Position numbers and translations under genes: made by a program. From the sequence record PV593634.1: a stretch of 64,000 nucleotides of DNA. One strand, written 5' to 3'. Shown here in pieces: positions 36,501 through 46,819 of the stretch; position 1 is the first letter of the stretch; each line of letters begins with the position of its first letter. Below the pieces are notes generated by a model. That model was not told where the DNA came from. It saw only the letters and a program-made list of their open reading frames with translations, and ran no database searches.

Positions 36501-39500
36501 GATAGTGTCCGGTAACTGGATCGCGTTCACCCATGCTGACGTCGCTAGACTGAGTCAAGCTTGCATCAGGAGCGTCTTCGTCAAATCCACCCAACAGGTA
36601 AGCACCGCCCATAGAAGCAGCCATACCCCAAGGACTACCGACTAACCCACGTCCTAACTTACCGACTTTACCCAGACGTCCACCAGTTTTAGGATTAGCT
36701 GGTTTCCCACCTTTTGTTCCAGCAGTCTTACCACGACCTTTACGTCCACGCTTAGTAGACTGTCCACGTTGTTCAGGACCGTCAAGTCCATCAAGCATAT
36801 CCATACCGGCTTTAGCACCACGTCCCATCATGAATGCTTGTGCAAGTTTAGTGAATCCCATCTTGAGTAATCCGAAGATAGGAGAAGCAACACCCAACAC
36901 ACCAGAGAACAACGCTGTACCGATTTTAGCTAAACGTCCTAAAGACGCAGCACCCGAACCAAGTACCATCTTACCAGCACTAAAGAGAAGTCCACCGATA
37001 GCGCCAAGTGGGTTCTTCAGAAGGTTCATCGCAAAACTACCGGCACCCATTGCGAGTCCTTTGATTTTGTCGAACCATCCTTCTTTCTTCTCACCAGGAC
37101 CTTCGTCTTTACCACCGTCCATACTCTCAGAGATTTTGATGATAGCTTCGTTTACTTTGTGCTTTTCATCTTTCTCTTTCTGCTTTTCTTTCCAAGCCAG
37201 AGAGTTGAGACGTAAACCAGACTTAACCTTTTCACCAGCGAAAGCATTCTCTCCGTCCAAGCCTTCTGGAGGAATATCGAACTGTTGGCAGAGTAAGTTA
37301 TAGATACGGTCTAAACGACGTTCCACACCACCCTTACCAAAAGAGATACCTGAGCTTGCGTTCTTATTTACATTACCAGCTTGACCAGGTTCTTCACGGT
37401 TGTAACCAAACTTTGATAGTAAGGCATTGACTCCAGATTTAGCCAACCCTGCTGCTCCGCCAACAAAGTTAGCAGCACCAGTGCCCACATTACGTACAGC
37501 AGCACCTGTGGAAGTGACCAGACCGGAGTGGTATTCATCTTCGCTAACCAGTTGATTACCTTGTTCATCATAAACAGCTCCGTTGATTTCGTTCCAACCT
37601 TTAATCGGGGTGAAGTTACCAGACTCGTCTCTGACGAAGTAATCACCTGTCTTGAACTTACTTGCTCTCAGCACAGGGTTCTTCAAATCAGTTTTCAGAT
37701 AAACGTCTTGCTGATAAACAAGTTCTTTACCTGCATCGAGTACAGACCTCATACGACCTAATGGGTCAGCTAAGTTGTAAGCACTCAGCGCTGCATCACG
37801 AACAGCCGTTAAACCTTTCAGTGCAACGGCGCGACCATCTGGCCCAAAGATCTTACCAGCCAGGTCACGCACACCAATAACAGCTTTAGTCGCAGTATCC
37901 ATAATAGGACCGCGAATATCTCCCCAGGTCTTGATAACCCGTTTAGAAGCCATATCAATGTAGTCACCCATATTCAGCTTAGAAGCCTTCAGGATCGGTT
38001 CGCCGGTTTCGTCAAGGATATCTTCATCATCACTTGGTTCAGCGCCTTGTGATGCTTCTGAGCCACCTTTATTACCACGAGCGCGCCACTGCATGTACGC
38101 ACCACCCATTAAACCTAAGCCAGCTATAGAAGCAGCCATTATTGGGTTAGTAGCGAAACCAGAAGCAACACCACCTAACAGACCGCCCAAGATAAGAGGG
38201 TTGTTCTTCATTAAGAACTCCATCCCTTTACCCATCATGTCAGCAGGAACTAAGCCACGGAATTTCTCCATTACGGATTTCTTAGCTTGTTCTTCTTCAC
38301 GAGCCTGAGATGGAGTAGCTGGCGCACCAGAGACCAACTGTCCTTTCTTAGCGAGTTCAATGAACTCAGTAAGTAAAGTAGTCATGTCTGTAGCTTTAGC
38401 CAGGATACCTTCGTTGCTGGTTTTGATATCTGTGAAGATACCGGTTGCAGCATCCCAGTTCATGTCTGTTGAGGTTTTGTTCTGTGCAGGATGATCTAAG
38501 TTGGTCAGACGTTCACTCAGCGTAGTTAAGGTAGAGTTCAGTTCAGCATACGGATCTTGAGCTGGGGCTCGATCGCCAATGACCGGGGAAGGCATTCCAC
38601 CTTTGGTTGGAGATGCTGAGGATTTACCTTGTTTAGTAACGCCTTTCAGTATAGGGTTGTCCGGGTTGTCCATATACTGACCGATACGATCGTGATAAGC
38701 TTGGATGTTGATTTTGTCAACACCTCCATCGGTATAGATCACACCGATATCACGAAGCATCTGTTCGTTACCCGTAGTACGTAACAGGTTAATACGTTCT
38801 TGAATGTTTGGAATGTTTTCTTTCAAGTCCTGTGCTTTAGAACTTGCTTCATTCAAACGTTCACGCCCTTCAACGGTATTCAGTTTACCGAGCATTTTAG
38901 CACGAGTGAATCCATCACCCTTGTTGTATGTCTGTACATCGTCATCGGTAATACCAAAGTGACGTTTCATCGCTGCATGGATTTCGTCAAGGTCACCTTT
39001 ACTTACATTAGGAATATCACCCATGTAGTAGAGGGGTTGGAAACCATAACCTTTATCGATGTCAATGATGATTTGTTTTGCTAATGCTTTACGAGCGGGT
39101 TGTCCCATCAGACCTCCTGGGTCGATAGATTCAACCATGTTCATAGCAGCTTTGGTAAAGCTACGGAACTCAGCGTGAGGCATCAAGTCAGTTGCTACAG
39201 AGATACGACGATCGGAGTCAGATTGGAATTCACCACGAGTGTAGTTGTATCCTACTTTCTCAACGTCGTCTTTACCTGTACGCATTTGGTTCAGGATTTG
39301 GTTAGTCTGAGAGATCAACCCTGGTAACACTTCGTTCAACGTGATGTTGTTCATCTCTTTCCAAATACCTGGCTTGTCCAGATCTTTGGGGTTACGACGA
39401 GAGATGGTGTACTGCGTACCGCGAGAGCGAGAGTTCTCACCCATCAAACGGTTCAGTGATTGACGACCACGGTTCTCAGCTGCGTTCTTAGCAACCCAGA

Positions 39501-40833
39501 TGGCTTTAGGAATAGGTTTCTTACCAGGAGGAAGTGAGTCGAGATATTCCTCATAGTCGTAGAACGGTTCTTCGTTAACCATCTGCCAGTTATCGGCCAT
39601 GTAGTTAGCAATCCCGCCACCAGACATACTGATGTGAGAAACCACGTTACCAACGTCAGCCAGTTCGTCTACTTTCTGTTTGATGTACTTACCTTGATCT
39701 GGATACTTCTTCATCAAGGAGTCGATCATTCTTTTACCAGGACCACGGGTAAAGAAGTAAGGCATTTCGTCAACAGCAACGCCCGCTACCATTTTACCCA
39801 AGATGTTACCAATCAACCCACGGCTGAATGATACATCCCCGCCCATCTCTAAGCCATCTGCAAGTCCACCGAACAGATCACCGAAAGCACCATAAGCTTC
39901 CTTACGGTTACCTTCACCAAAACGTTCTCTGAGTCCTTCCGTTAAACCACCAATACGTTTACCAACTGCACCGAAGGCACGAGTACGCAGATACTCTTTG
40001 GTAGCCGTGTAGGTCGTTGTCTTTTGGAAGTCAGACATCTTAGTAAAATGAAGGATGGATTTAAGTTCTTTGATTTCCTGGTGGACACCAGCTTCCATGA
40101 ACTTGTAAAACTTAGCATCTTGAACATAAGAACGAGCTGTTAAGTTTAACTGAGCTTGATCCAGCTTAGCTTGTACGTTACGTTGGTAAGACAGAAGGTC
40201 ACGAATACCTCCTTCTATATTTACCAACTGTCGGTTACCTGCACCGATCTGAGCAATGACTGCACCACTAGCAGCAGCGGTCATGCTGTTTAAAGATTCA
40301 CCCAGTGAAGCGAACATGCTCGATTGAGAACTTTCTGCAGTTCCCATAATCTGTTCAACATCACTTTCGTCAACACGCCCCATCTTGTCTTTGAATCTTG
40401 GGTTAGCGTCAGTGTCCAGTTTCTCCCAATCGGAGAAGTCTTTGGAACTGAAGTTACCCAGAGAGTTAGACATAAATCCAGGGAGTTTATCCCCCATCTT
40501 GGAATTAAGATGAGCGGCAATGGTTTGTAGGGATTTAACCGATTCGCTATTTTCTTCCTTAAACTCCTGTGCCAGTTTATCCAACCGGTCAGATATAAAG
40601 GAAACTTTATCTAGCGCATTCGACCATGTCCCAGGGAGTGTAGTACGGAGTGTACGCATACGAGCGTCACCGGTACCTACCGTTTCGTCCACTAACCCGG
40701 ATAAGAATCCAGTAGTGAAACTACGGACGAAGCCTTTACCTTTGAATGGATCCATATCGAAATCCATATCGAAATCGATGTCTCCACCAAAGGGATCGTC
40801 TCCCCATTCCATATCAAAATTATCACTTGCCAT
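33559..40833 (-). CDS. tail tape-measure / virion-associated peptidoglycan hydrolase with C-terminal GH19 domain (phiKZ gp181/OBP gp276-like)
   Basis: 2424 aa; helical/Gly-rich body; KETGNY, DGWDYRGRGFFQLTGKANY, VRGINGG; Pro/Ala-rich tail. Confidence 0.9.
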   Translation of the reverse strand: MASDNFDMEWGDDPFGGDIDFDMDFDMDPFKGKGFVRSFTTGFLSGLVDETVGTGDARMRTLRTTLPGTWSNALDKVSFISDRLDKLAQEFKEENSESVKSLQTIAAHLNSKMGDKLPGFMSNSLGNFSSKDFSDWEKLDTDANPRFKDKMGRVDESDVEQIMGTAESSQSSMFASLGESLNSMTAAASGAVIAQIGAGNRQLVNIEGGIRDLLSYQRNVQAKLDQAQLNLTARSYVQDAKFYKFMEAGVHQEIKELKSILHFTKMSDFQKTTTYTATKEYLRTRAFGAVGKRIGGLTEGLRERFGEGNRKEAYGAFGDLFGGLADGLEMGGDVSFSRGLIGNILGKMVAGVAVDEMPYFFTRGPGKRMIDSLMKKYPDQGKYIKQKVDELADVGNVVSHISMSGGGIANYMADNWQMVNEEPFYDYEEYLDSLPPGKKPIPKAIWVAKNAAENRGRQSLNRLMGENSRSRGTQYTISRRNPKDLDKPGIWKEMNNITLNEVLPGLISQTNQILNQMRTGKDDVEKVGYNYTRGEFQSDSDRRISVATDLMPHAEFRSFTKAAMNMVESIDPGGLMGQPARKALAKQIIIDIDKGYGFQPLYYMGDIPNVSKGDLDEIHAAMKRHFGITDDDVQTYNKGDGFTRAKMLGKLNTVEGRERLNEASSKAQDLKENIPNIQERINLLRTTGNEQMLRDIGVIYTDGGVDKINIQAYHDRIGQYMDNPDNPILKGVTKQGKSSASPTKGGMPSPVIGDRAPAQDPYAELNSTLTTLSERLTNLDHPAQNKTSTDMNWDAATGIFTDIKTSNEGILAKATDMTTLLTEFIELAKKGQLVSGAPATPSQAREEEQAKKSVMEKFRGLVPADMMGKGMEFLMKNNPLILGGLLGGVASGFATNPIMAASIAGLGLMGGAYMQWRARGNKGGSEASQGAEPSDDEDILDETGEPILKASKLNMGDYIDMASKRVIKTWGDIRGPIMDTATKAVIGVRDLAGKIFGPDGRAVALKGLTAVRDAALSAYNLADPLGRMRSVLDAGKELVYQQDVYLKTDLKNPVLRASKFKTGDYFVRDESGNFTPIKGWNEINGAVYDEQGNQLVSEDEYHSGLVTSTGAAVRNVGTGAANFVGGAAGLAKSGVNALLSKFGYNREEPGQAGNVNKNASSGISFGKGGVERRLDRIYNLLCQQFDIPPEGLDGENAFAGEKVKSGLRLNSLAWKEKQKEKDEKHKVNEAIIKISESMDGGKDEGPGEKKEGWFDKIKGLAMGAGSFAMNLLKNPLGAIGGLLFSAGKMVLGSGAASLGRLAKIGTALFSGVLGVASPIFGLLKMGFTKLAQAFMMGRGAKAGMDMLDGLDGPEQRGQSTKRGRKGRGKTAGTKGGKPANPKTGGRLGKVGKLGRGLVGSPWGMAASMGGAYLLGGFDEDAPDASLTQSSDVSMGERDPVTGHYRTGGDAAVDALTSYLPSGMLAKAAGDAVAGDKRSTLENYGMFWASDGKFFYRRDEVEEYEDKLQGIDRTPEGYGELKEVSETPQRAVRLAMYGVRDQKSGLGRRVGWLEQVLYPYVQIRNNRASFKDNVPLDKILTDFVRTAGGTAVDAESAKAWFVGRFKPIFLTFNATVSVANMGDLEEFDRASGYIVVQTLERVQQGIGTIQPYPYKVDTRIDARIPLMDEMKTSEVVNALMDKLRKEYPSPSEGVVDTLKAETPQQVAKKEISSQTLGMTAENMASDKMGAEAARASREDIERRFTQPEQVKTIDITDMIPSNGDAIDPFTMTRLAVYGNIDNMPWRCEAVLRLETYIQSYIMVIGEQARFTGKSGQMLEIFRPAFRIAKPHEEMNWLTWFRDRFLPTVMLYCVQVKKYRGTTPEKGWRALSATNKFDIARLLVDQMVTVDNQVKSIWEIEAGPFPNSKSGTFNDRADKYITILDSKASEARLKDPELEAEKSRGKQGDDQSQTANAQRMQQLTKVAMDKQLAGNTNTSNFATGVGVGAGVGSGSPAGAYPNATMSLPGGGAGSAGQFTGQADTNFNPEYLKKQGDDKGIKMSPEQGEKLMLNHLLKAGITDIKTIALALAMTKKETGNYQNTVEDTRWSAPTLLKYFKNIPDEATAQKVAAMSPPERAMWVYGRNPKAKGLGNTKPEDGWDYRGRGFFQLTGKANYERFKKETGIDVVSNPKLVSEDPNVMAESAVRFLKNSPAMMSIAKTGDFETAVRGINGGNAVPATDERRKYYQEYLNKLRNGDISMDSAAAEAAATPAATPEPPAAADQNVPPDATAVQPGGPSAPKGSSESDLTKLINESEKATAPSNAGTPPPQATASTLDPVNAVSNDGPTAPVNTSTPESKPAAPTGPVNATSASTPSMATTPAPAIPQKAPVAPQAPAAVPEKGKAEHIQSTDVDAVRELQRANQTLARIAQLLQGSQKTPTVSV

Positions 40834-40862
40834 TAATACACCTCGTTTAGGATACCTCAGTA

Positions 40863-42482
40863 ATGAGCAGAAAACCCACTAACTTTACCTTGCTTGATAC
40901 TAACAAGGTTCTTTGGGGTACAATGCGACCGGTTACGGTCGCTGACACCTTTGAAGGCCAAACTAGTAACTTGAACGATGACGGTCTTTACTCCACAGAA
41001 ATCTTTGGCCGAGTAGGCACAGATGAACGTGACAAGTCGTTATCATACATTGATGTTACCCTCCCAATATTCAACCCCACGTATTTTAAAGCTCTGGTAC
41101 AATTAAAGGCTTTATACGGTGAGATCATTAAAGGTCGAGCATATGCCGTTTGGGATGAAGCTGAGAAGGACTTCATAAAATCCAACATTTTAGAAGGCGA
41201 CACTGGTTACGCTTTCTTTATGTCTCACTTCCATGAACTCGATCCAAAACAGAACGAGTCGTTCAAACGTAAACAGAAGATCGACCTTGTAGAACAATTT
41301 AAAGACAGAGCCCTGTCTAGCAAGGTGATTGTAATCCCTGCCGGTGTTCGTGATGTCGAGATTCGTGACGGTGTTGTTTCCGAAAACGAGATTAACGATC
41401 TTTATCGTAAACTTATCTTCCGAAGCAAATCACTGAACGTTCGTAACATCGATTCTACCGATCCAGTCTATGACAACATTCGCTGGGGTTTACAAGAATC
41501 ATTCAACAACATCGCTGACTTCTTGTTTAACATGCAAGAAGGTAAACGCGGCTTTATGCAGCGTCGTATGTCTCGTCGTAGTATCTTTGGTGCAACCCGT
41601 AATGTTATTACCTCTCGTAAGGTTTCTGTCGAGAACTGTGATGATAACGTAACTGGGGATCCGAACTCTACGATCATTGGTCTGTATCAGGCTCTGCTTG
41701 GTTTCAACCTTATTGCCATCCATGATCTGATTAACGGCTTCTTAAGTGAAGTGTTTACTCCGGGTATGGGTGTTGCACGTCTGGTCGATCCAAAGACGCT
41801 GAATGCGACCTATGTAGATGTCGACAGTTTGGTTGTTGATAAGTTTACTTCCTCTGATGGTTTAACGTCACTGTTTAATGGATATGGTTCTCCTAACCTC
41901 CGTAACCGTGATATAAAGGTAGCGGGTCATTACCTCGGATTAGTTTATGACGATGGTAAGAATGTCATGTTAATTCATGATATCGATGACTTACCACCTC
42001 AGTTTGATAAGAAGTTGGTACGTCCAGTTACCTATACTCAGTTCTTCTATATGCAATGTGTGAAAACCATTGAGAAGAAAATGATGCAGGTTACACGTTA
42101 TCCAATTACAGGTATCGGTTCTATTTACCCAAGCCGTGTATTTGTAATGCCGACTAACTCAACATCTAGCCAGCGTACTTTGCTTGACCTAGATGGCGAG
42201 ACAGTTATTACAACGTATAACTACTTCCCTATGTGGACGAAGAACCCAAGCTATTTTGACGGTATGTCTATTGCGAACATTCGCTTAGGCTTAGCCGGTG
42301 GTGACTTCGATGGTGACGCCTTGTCAGCTAACTCCATTATGGCGGAAGACTCAATCGCTGAGATTGAAGCGTTGTTTGGTAAACGTGACTTCTATATATC
42401 TGGCTCTGGTGATTTCCTGTATGACCCAGTTCAAGAACCTCATGAATTCCTTTTACGCTCACTCACCAATGGATTATCATAA
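40863..42482 (+). CDS. rpoC: virion RNA polymerase beta-prime N-terminal subunit (phiKZ gp180-like)
   Basis: GLYSTEIFG, VIPAGVRD, catalytic GGDFDGD motif. Confidence 0.93.
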   Translation: MSRKPTNFTLLDTNKVLWGTMRPVTVADTFEGQTSNLNDDGLYSTEIFGRVGTDERDKSLSYIDVTLPIFNPTYFKALVQLKALYGEIIKGRAYAVWDEAEKDFIKSNILEGDTGYAFFMSHFHELDPKQNESFKRKQKIDLVEQFKDRALSSKVIVIPAGVRDVEIRDGVVSENEINDLYRKLIFRSKSLNVRNIDSTDPVYDNIRWGLQESFNNIADFLFNMQEGKRGFMQRRMSRRSIFGATRNVITSRKVSVENCDDNVTGDPNSTIIGLYQALLGFNLIAIHDLINGFLSEVFTPGMGVARLVDPKTLNATYVDVDSLVVDKFTSSDGLTSLFNGYGSPNLRNRDIKVAGHYLGLVYDDGKNVMLIHDIDDLPPQFDKKLVRPVTYTQFFYMQCVKTIEKKMMQVTRYPITGIGSIYPSRVFVMPTNSTSSQRTLLDLDGETVITTYNYFPMWTKNPSYFDGMSIANIRLGLAGGDFDGDALSANSIMAEDSIAEIEALFGKRDFYISGSGDFLYDPVQEPHEFLLRSLTNGLS

Positions 42483-45400
42483 TGTTTAAAGACGTCGACT
42501 ACCAAGTTGATGGGAATGAAGCGATGCTGTACAGTATGTTCGTTAAACTGTACGGCACTCGTGAGAAAGTGAATGATGTAACATCTCCCCGATATACTCC
42601 TGTCGGGGACATCATGCTCCCTCGTAATTCCCTGATTCACTATCAGCAACAGACTCCAGGTGAAATAGGTCCGAGCAACACTGCTCCGTTTATTAGTAAC
42701 TTCGATAAACGTATCAACATCTATTTCAACCCGACATACGAAACTGTGCTGGGCGTAACTAAGATATTGAATACTCAACTGAGTTCAATCATTAAAGGTT
42801 ACGAAGGTTCTCACTTTAATTACGTACGTACTCGTAACTTCCAATCCGTTATCGGTAAAGAAGGCGAGCTGTTGGTAAACGACTTGGCAATTGGACAGGT
42901 TCCAGTTGTCTATAAACGTCGTACTGTGTTTACTCCTTTCCAACACTCGTACAACAACCTTTATACACTGATTGATTCTGTTAACGATTTTGCTAAGTAC
43001 AATCGCCATCAGTTCATTCAGATTGATTTACCACGTACCTTCCCTACGTTCAAAACGTTACAGATTAACTTCGAGAAATATAAGAAGTTCTTTAACGAAG
43101 AACATGAAGTGGTACGTTACGACAAGATCCCTCTCCAACCTTTCCAGGCTGGACAGAGCTTTTGGTTGTTCGATTTGTTTGGTATACTGATGGGGTACGA
43201 AGATGCTAAGTACAGTCAATTCAACCGACTGTCTGAAGCTGCTCGTCGCCAATTAGAAATCATCTTTGTATACAACGGAAAATGCTGGATTGTAAATCTC
43301 CAGAATATAATTAACCTGCTGAGCTATTCGGATAAGCCGAAAGATACTTCTGCTAGTGCTTTACGTATTAACTACTTTAAGCGCTTTTATTTATCTCTGA
43401 TTAGTCTAGTGACACCTATTAGTGAAGCTGTTGGGACAGTTGCAAATGAGGAAGATAGTAGCAGCAAGAAAGATACCGAAGCTCAAGATCGGATTGACGA
43501 TTATGAAGAATCGCAAGAAGAAGGGATTCCTGGGCAAAGTACCACTGTGGACACTAATACTGGGCCTAGTTCTTTGGCTGATCTTTACGCCAGCTCTAAG
43601 GGAAGTGATAATGTACAAGTGGACCCCGTACGAAACGAGGGAACGCAAAATGATAATCAAGTACATGACGTACCTGCCGAAGCCGACGTTACCGACGATG
43701 TAACTGTTGACAGTTGGGGAGAGGAAGTTCCAGATGAACTATTTGAAAGGACCACAGTTGAAGATGCTACTATTAGTGCTAGCGCTTCTGCTTCTCCAAC
43801 ATCTACAATCGAGCGGCAAATTAACGACCTTAGTCGAGCTGGTCAATTAACGAGTAAAGAGAAGGACTTCTTTGAACGTGTAGCAAACATGTATAAGGAT
43901 ATTGAAGTTGGTGGTCGTACTCTTGAAGAGATCGCTAACATCACTCCTGAAGACATGGCGCTCAAGGATACTCCGATTGCTCCTGACTCGATTGTCATCA
44001 CGGATAAGTCTGCTCTGAAGTCTCGTACTGAATTGCTTGGTACCGAGTACATCAAGAATATCCTACAACGCAACATTCTGGAAATGATCCTTCATGGGAC
44101 GCAGAATGGCGGCACGGCTCTGATGGATCTGGAGATGGACAGTGAAATCACTGCTGACTCCAAGTACACGACGTACAAGATCAAAACTCAGCGTATTAAA
44201 GGCGGGCAGTCTACAAGAACCTTCCGCATGCCGCTGGTTGAGGAAGATGGCACATTCACCATTAATGGCGTTAAGTCTTACGCCCAGTTAATGCGTATGG
44301 AATTGCCGATTCGTAAGATCTCTCCTACTAAGGTAGCTTTGACGTCGTATTACGATAAGAAGCTAATGGTCGAGCGCTCAACCAAGAAAGTAGATGACTA
44401 TGCTCGTTGGTTACGCGCTAGTATTATCGAACGTTCTTATGAAGACAAATCCTTGCAGGTTAGTCTTGGTGGATTCAAACCACCTAAAGATGAAGTGTGT
44501 TATTACTACTCCATCTTAGCATCACGTTTTAAAGCCATCGTTACTCCTGAGTACTCATTCAACTTTGATACGGTTGCCCTGGTGGATGGTAAGAAGGAAC
44601 TGGCTAAGCTTTGTAACGCTAACAGCTGGGTCCTGGGTTTCAAAGGCGATCACCCCATCTTAATCGATGGAACAGGTCTTGTAACTGTAGACGGTGCTGA
44701 ACAGGGATATATAGAAGAGTTACTGGGCTTGAACATTGCTCGTGCTCCTATTCCTACAGCTACGGTCAACATTAACGGTTATCACTTCCCAGCGGTTGTT
44801 GTGCTTTCTTATTGGATTGGCTTTAACAAGTTACTCCGTATCCTGAAAGCTGAATACCGTACGGTTGAACCTGATCAACGTCCTAACTTAGGTTCGGATG
44901 AATACATGATTCAGTTCGCTGATGAACGTTTGATCTTTAACCGTCGTGACGAGTTAACCACTCTGATCATCTCTGGTTTGAGGAAGCTGAACAACCTTGC
45001 TCACTTCTCACGTTCCAACTTAGACGACCCTAACATTTGGTTTGGTCTGATTGGTGACCCACGCGTTAAGCCGAGTCACTTTAAAGAAATGACATTGTTG
45101 TATGACATGTTCATTGATCCAATCACCATGCGACTGCTGAAGCGTATGAAGTATCCATTCATTATGGATAAACTGATTATCGAAGCGGTTAAGTTAATGT
45201 TGTCTAATGAGTCCAAGCACGAAATAGAAATCACAGAGCAACGCTTTGTTGGTTATGAAAGATTTGCCGGTCACGTTTATCGTGAATTGGTTAAGTCTAA
45301 CCGTGCTGCTCGTGCTAAGCCGAACAACGGTAAAGTTACTCTCGACTTAAACCCTGAAGCAATCATGATGAATATCATCACTGACTCCAGTTGCCAAGCT

Positions 45401-46819
45401 TCGGAAGAAGTTAACCCGGTTCACCAGGTTAAGCAGCAAGAGGAAGTTACCTTCGGTGGTACTTTGGGTCGTAGTGATCGTGCAATGGTTCGTCGTACTC
45501 GTGGTCAGTTGCCTAACTATGAGGGTGTAATCTCAGAAGCAGGTAAGGACTCCGGTAAAGTTGGCTTCATCAGTTATCTGACTTCTGATGCTAAACTCGT
45601 TGACCTTTATGGTAACATTGACGTTAAAGAGAAAACCACTAATGCTGGTCGTGGTTCTGTCGTCATGAACTTACTGTACGGCACAACGAAGGACGATACC
45701 AAACGTACTCTGTTCTCCGGTGTACAGCAATCCCAGGTAATGATTGCAGATAACTACGTAGTCAACCCGTTGCGTACTTCTTACGATACAGTTCTTGCTT
45801 ATCGTACATCTGACCTTTATAGCTCCGTAGCTCGTGAAGACGGTGAAGTTACCGAAGTCAACCAGTTCGGCATGAAGGTTAAATATAAAGATGGTTCTGA
45901 AGGTCTATTCAACTTAGGTTACGAAATCGGTAAAGGCGCTGGTGAGTATCACAAGCACTTGAAAGTTACGGACTGTAAAGTTGGGGACAAAGTAACGAAG
46001 GGGATGGTTGTAGCATGGGACGAGGGATTCTTCGGTCGTGATAACGTTGACCCAACTCGTGTTGTTTGGAAGGCTGGTGCAATGGCACGTATTGCATTGA
46101 TTGAAGACCAGTTTACCTTTGAGGACTCCATCGGTATAGTTAAGAGTTTTGCTGATGCGTCAACCTCTCCTTTCTTGAAACCTAATGACTTCAAAGTAGA
46201 TAGCACTCAATCTATTAAGATGCATATCAAGGTCGGTGATGAAGTTGAATATGACCAGATCCTATGTGACATCCAGAACCCGGAGTCTGCTGGATTCGAG
46301 TTCGATACGACTGAGTTTGATGGTCTTGACCGTCTGGGTATCAAACAGGTTAAAGCCAAGCAGTCTGGTGTGATTACCAAGATCGAAGTTGTCTATAATG
46401 GTGACATCGAAACGTGGGATCCAACACTGCAAGACTTTATTAAGAAACAGAACTCCATTCGTGGTAAGTCTGCAGCTTATAAAGTGAACACCGCTAAGAC
46501 CGGTAACGTTGGTGGGAACACAAACGTTGGTAAAAGCAAGGTGTACTTCAATACCGCTGTTGTCTATATCTATATTGACAACAAAATCAAAACTACTACT
46601 GCGGATAAATTCGTAGTTGGTAACCAGATGAAAGGTACTGTTGGCTTTATCTATGAACACCCGATCTATACTACAGACGGACGTCCTGTTGACATCACCT
46701 TCTCCCTTAAGTCACTGCTGAACCGAATGGTACTTAGCTTACGTGACAAGTTAGTGGCGAACGAAGTTAACAACGTCTACACTGAACGCATGATCGAGAA
46801 ATATGGGAAATACGAGTAA
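42482..46819 (+). CDS. rpoB: virion RNA polymerase beta N-terminal subunit (phiKZ gp178-like)
   Basis: 1445 aa; FTINGVK, DSGKVG, FEDSI, DKFVVGNQMKG, DGRPVDITFS. Confidence 0.93.
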   Translation: MFKDVDYQVDGNEAMLYSMFVKLYGTREKVNDVTSPRYTPVGDIMLPRNSLIHYQQQTPGEIGPSNTAPFISNFDKRINIYFNPTYETVLGVTKILNTQLSSIIKGYEGSHFNYVRTRNFQSVIGKEGELLVNDLAIGQVPVVYKRRTVFTPFQHSYNNLYTLIDSVNDFAKYNRHQFIQIDLPRTFPTFKTLQINFEKYKKFFNEEHEVVRYDKIPLQPFQAGQSFWLFDLFGILMGYEDAKYSQFNRLSEAARRQLEIIFVYNGKCWIVNLQNIINLLSYSDKPKDTSASALRINYFKRFYLSLISLVTPISEAVGTVANEEDSSSKKDTEAQDRIDDYEESQEEGIPGQSTTVDTNTGPSSLADLYASSKGSDNVQVDPVRNEGTQNDNQVHDVPAEADVTDDVTVDSWGEEVPDELFERTTVEDATISASASASPTSTIERQINDLSRAGQLTSKEKDFFERVANMYKDIEVGGRTLEEIANITPEDMALKDTPIAPDSIVITDKSALKSRTELLGTEYIKNILQRNILEMILHGTQNGGTALMDLEMDSEITADSKYTTYKIKTQRIKGGQSTRTFRMPLVEEDGTFTINGVKSYAQLMRMELPIRKISPTKVALTSYYDKKLMVERSTKKVDDYARWLRASIIERSYEDKSLQVSLGGFKPPKDEVCYYYSILASRFKAIVTPEYSFNFDTVALVDGKKELAKLCNANSWVLGFKGDHPILIDGTGLVTVDGAEQGYIEELLGLNIARAPIPTATVNINGYHFPAVVVLSYWIGFNKLLRILKAEYRTVEPDQRPNLGSDEYMIQFADERLIFNRRDELTTLIISGLRKLNNLAHFSRSNLDDPNIWFGLIGDPRVKPSHFKEMTLLYDMFIDPITMRLLKRMKYPFIMDKLIIEAVKLMLSNESKHEIEITEQRFVGYERFAGHVYRELVKSNRAARAKPNNGKVTLDLNPEAIMMNIITDSSCQASEEVNPVHQVKQQEEVTFGGTLGRSDRAMVRRTRGQLPNYEGVISEAGKDSGKVGFISYLTSDAKLVDLYGNIDVKEKTTNAGRGSVVMNLLYGTTKDDTKRTLFSGVQQSQVMIADNYVVNPLRTSYDTVLAYRTSDLYSSVAREDGEVTEVNQFGMKVKYKDGSEGLFNLGYEIGKGAGEYHKHLKVTDCKVGDKVTKGMVVAWDEGFFGRDNVDPTRVVWKAGAMARIALIEDQFTFEDSIGIVKSFADASTSPFLKPNDFKVDSTQSIKMHIKVGDEVEYDQILCDIQNPESAGFEFDTTEFDGLDRLGIKQVKAKQSGVITKIEVVYNGDIETWDPTLQDFIKKQNSIRGKSAAYKVNTAKTGNVGGNTNVGKSKVYFNTAVVYIYIDNKIKTTTADKFVVGNQMKGTVGFIYEHPIYTTDGRPVDITFSLKSLLNRMVLSLRDKLVANEVNNVYTERMIEKYGKYE

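Noticed and set aside
40751-40774. 12-bp direct repeat TCCATATCGAAA x2
   Set aside because: Simply encodes the acidic DFDMDFDM N-terminus of the tape-measure protein.
40863-46819. Self-splicing intron or homing endonuclease in or between vRNAP genes
   Set aside because: Both ORFs are uninterrupted and abut by TAATG; no HNH or LAGLIDADG motif recognised.
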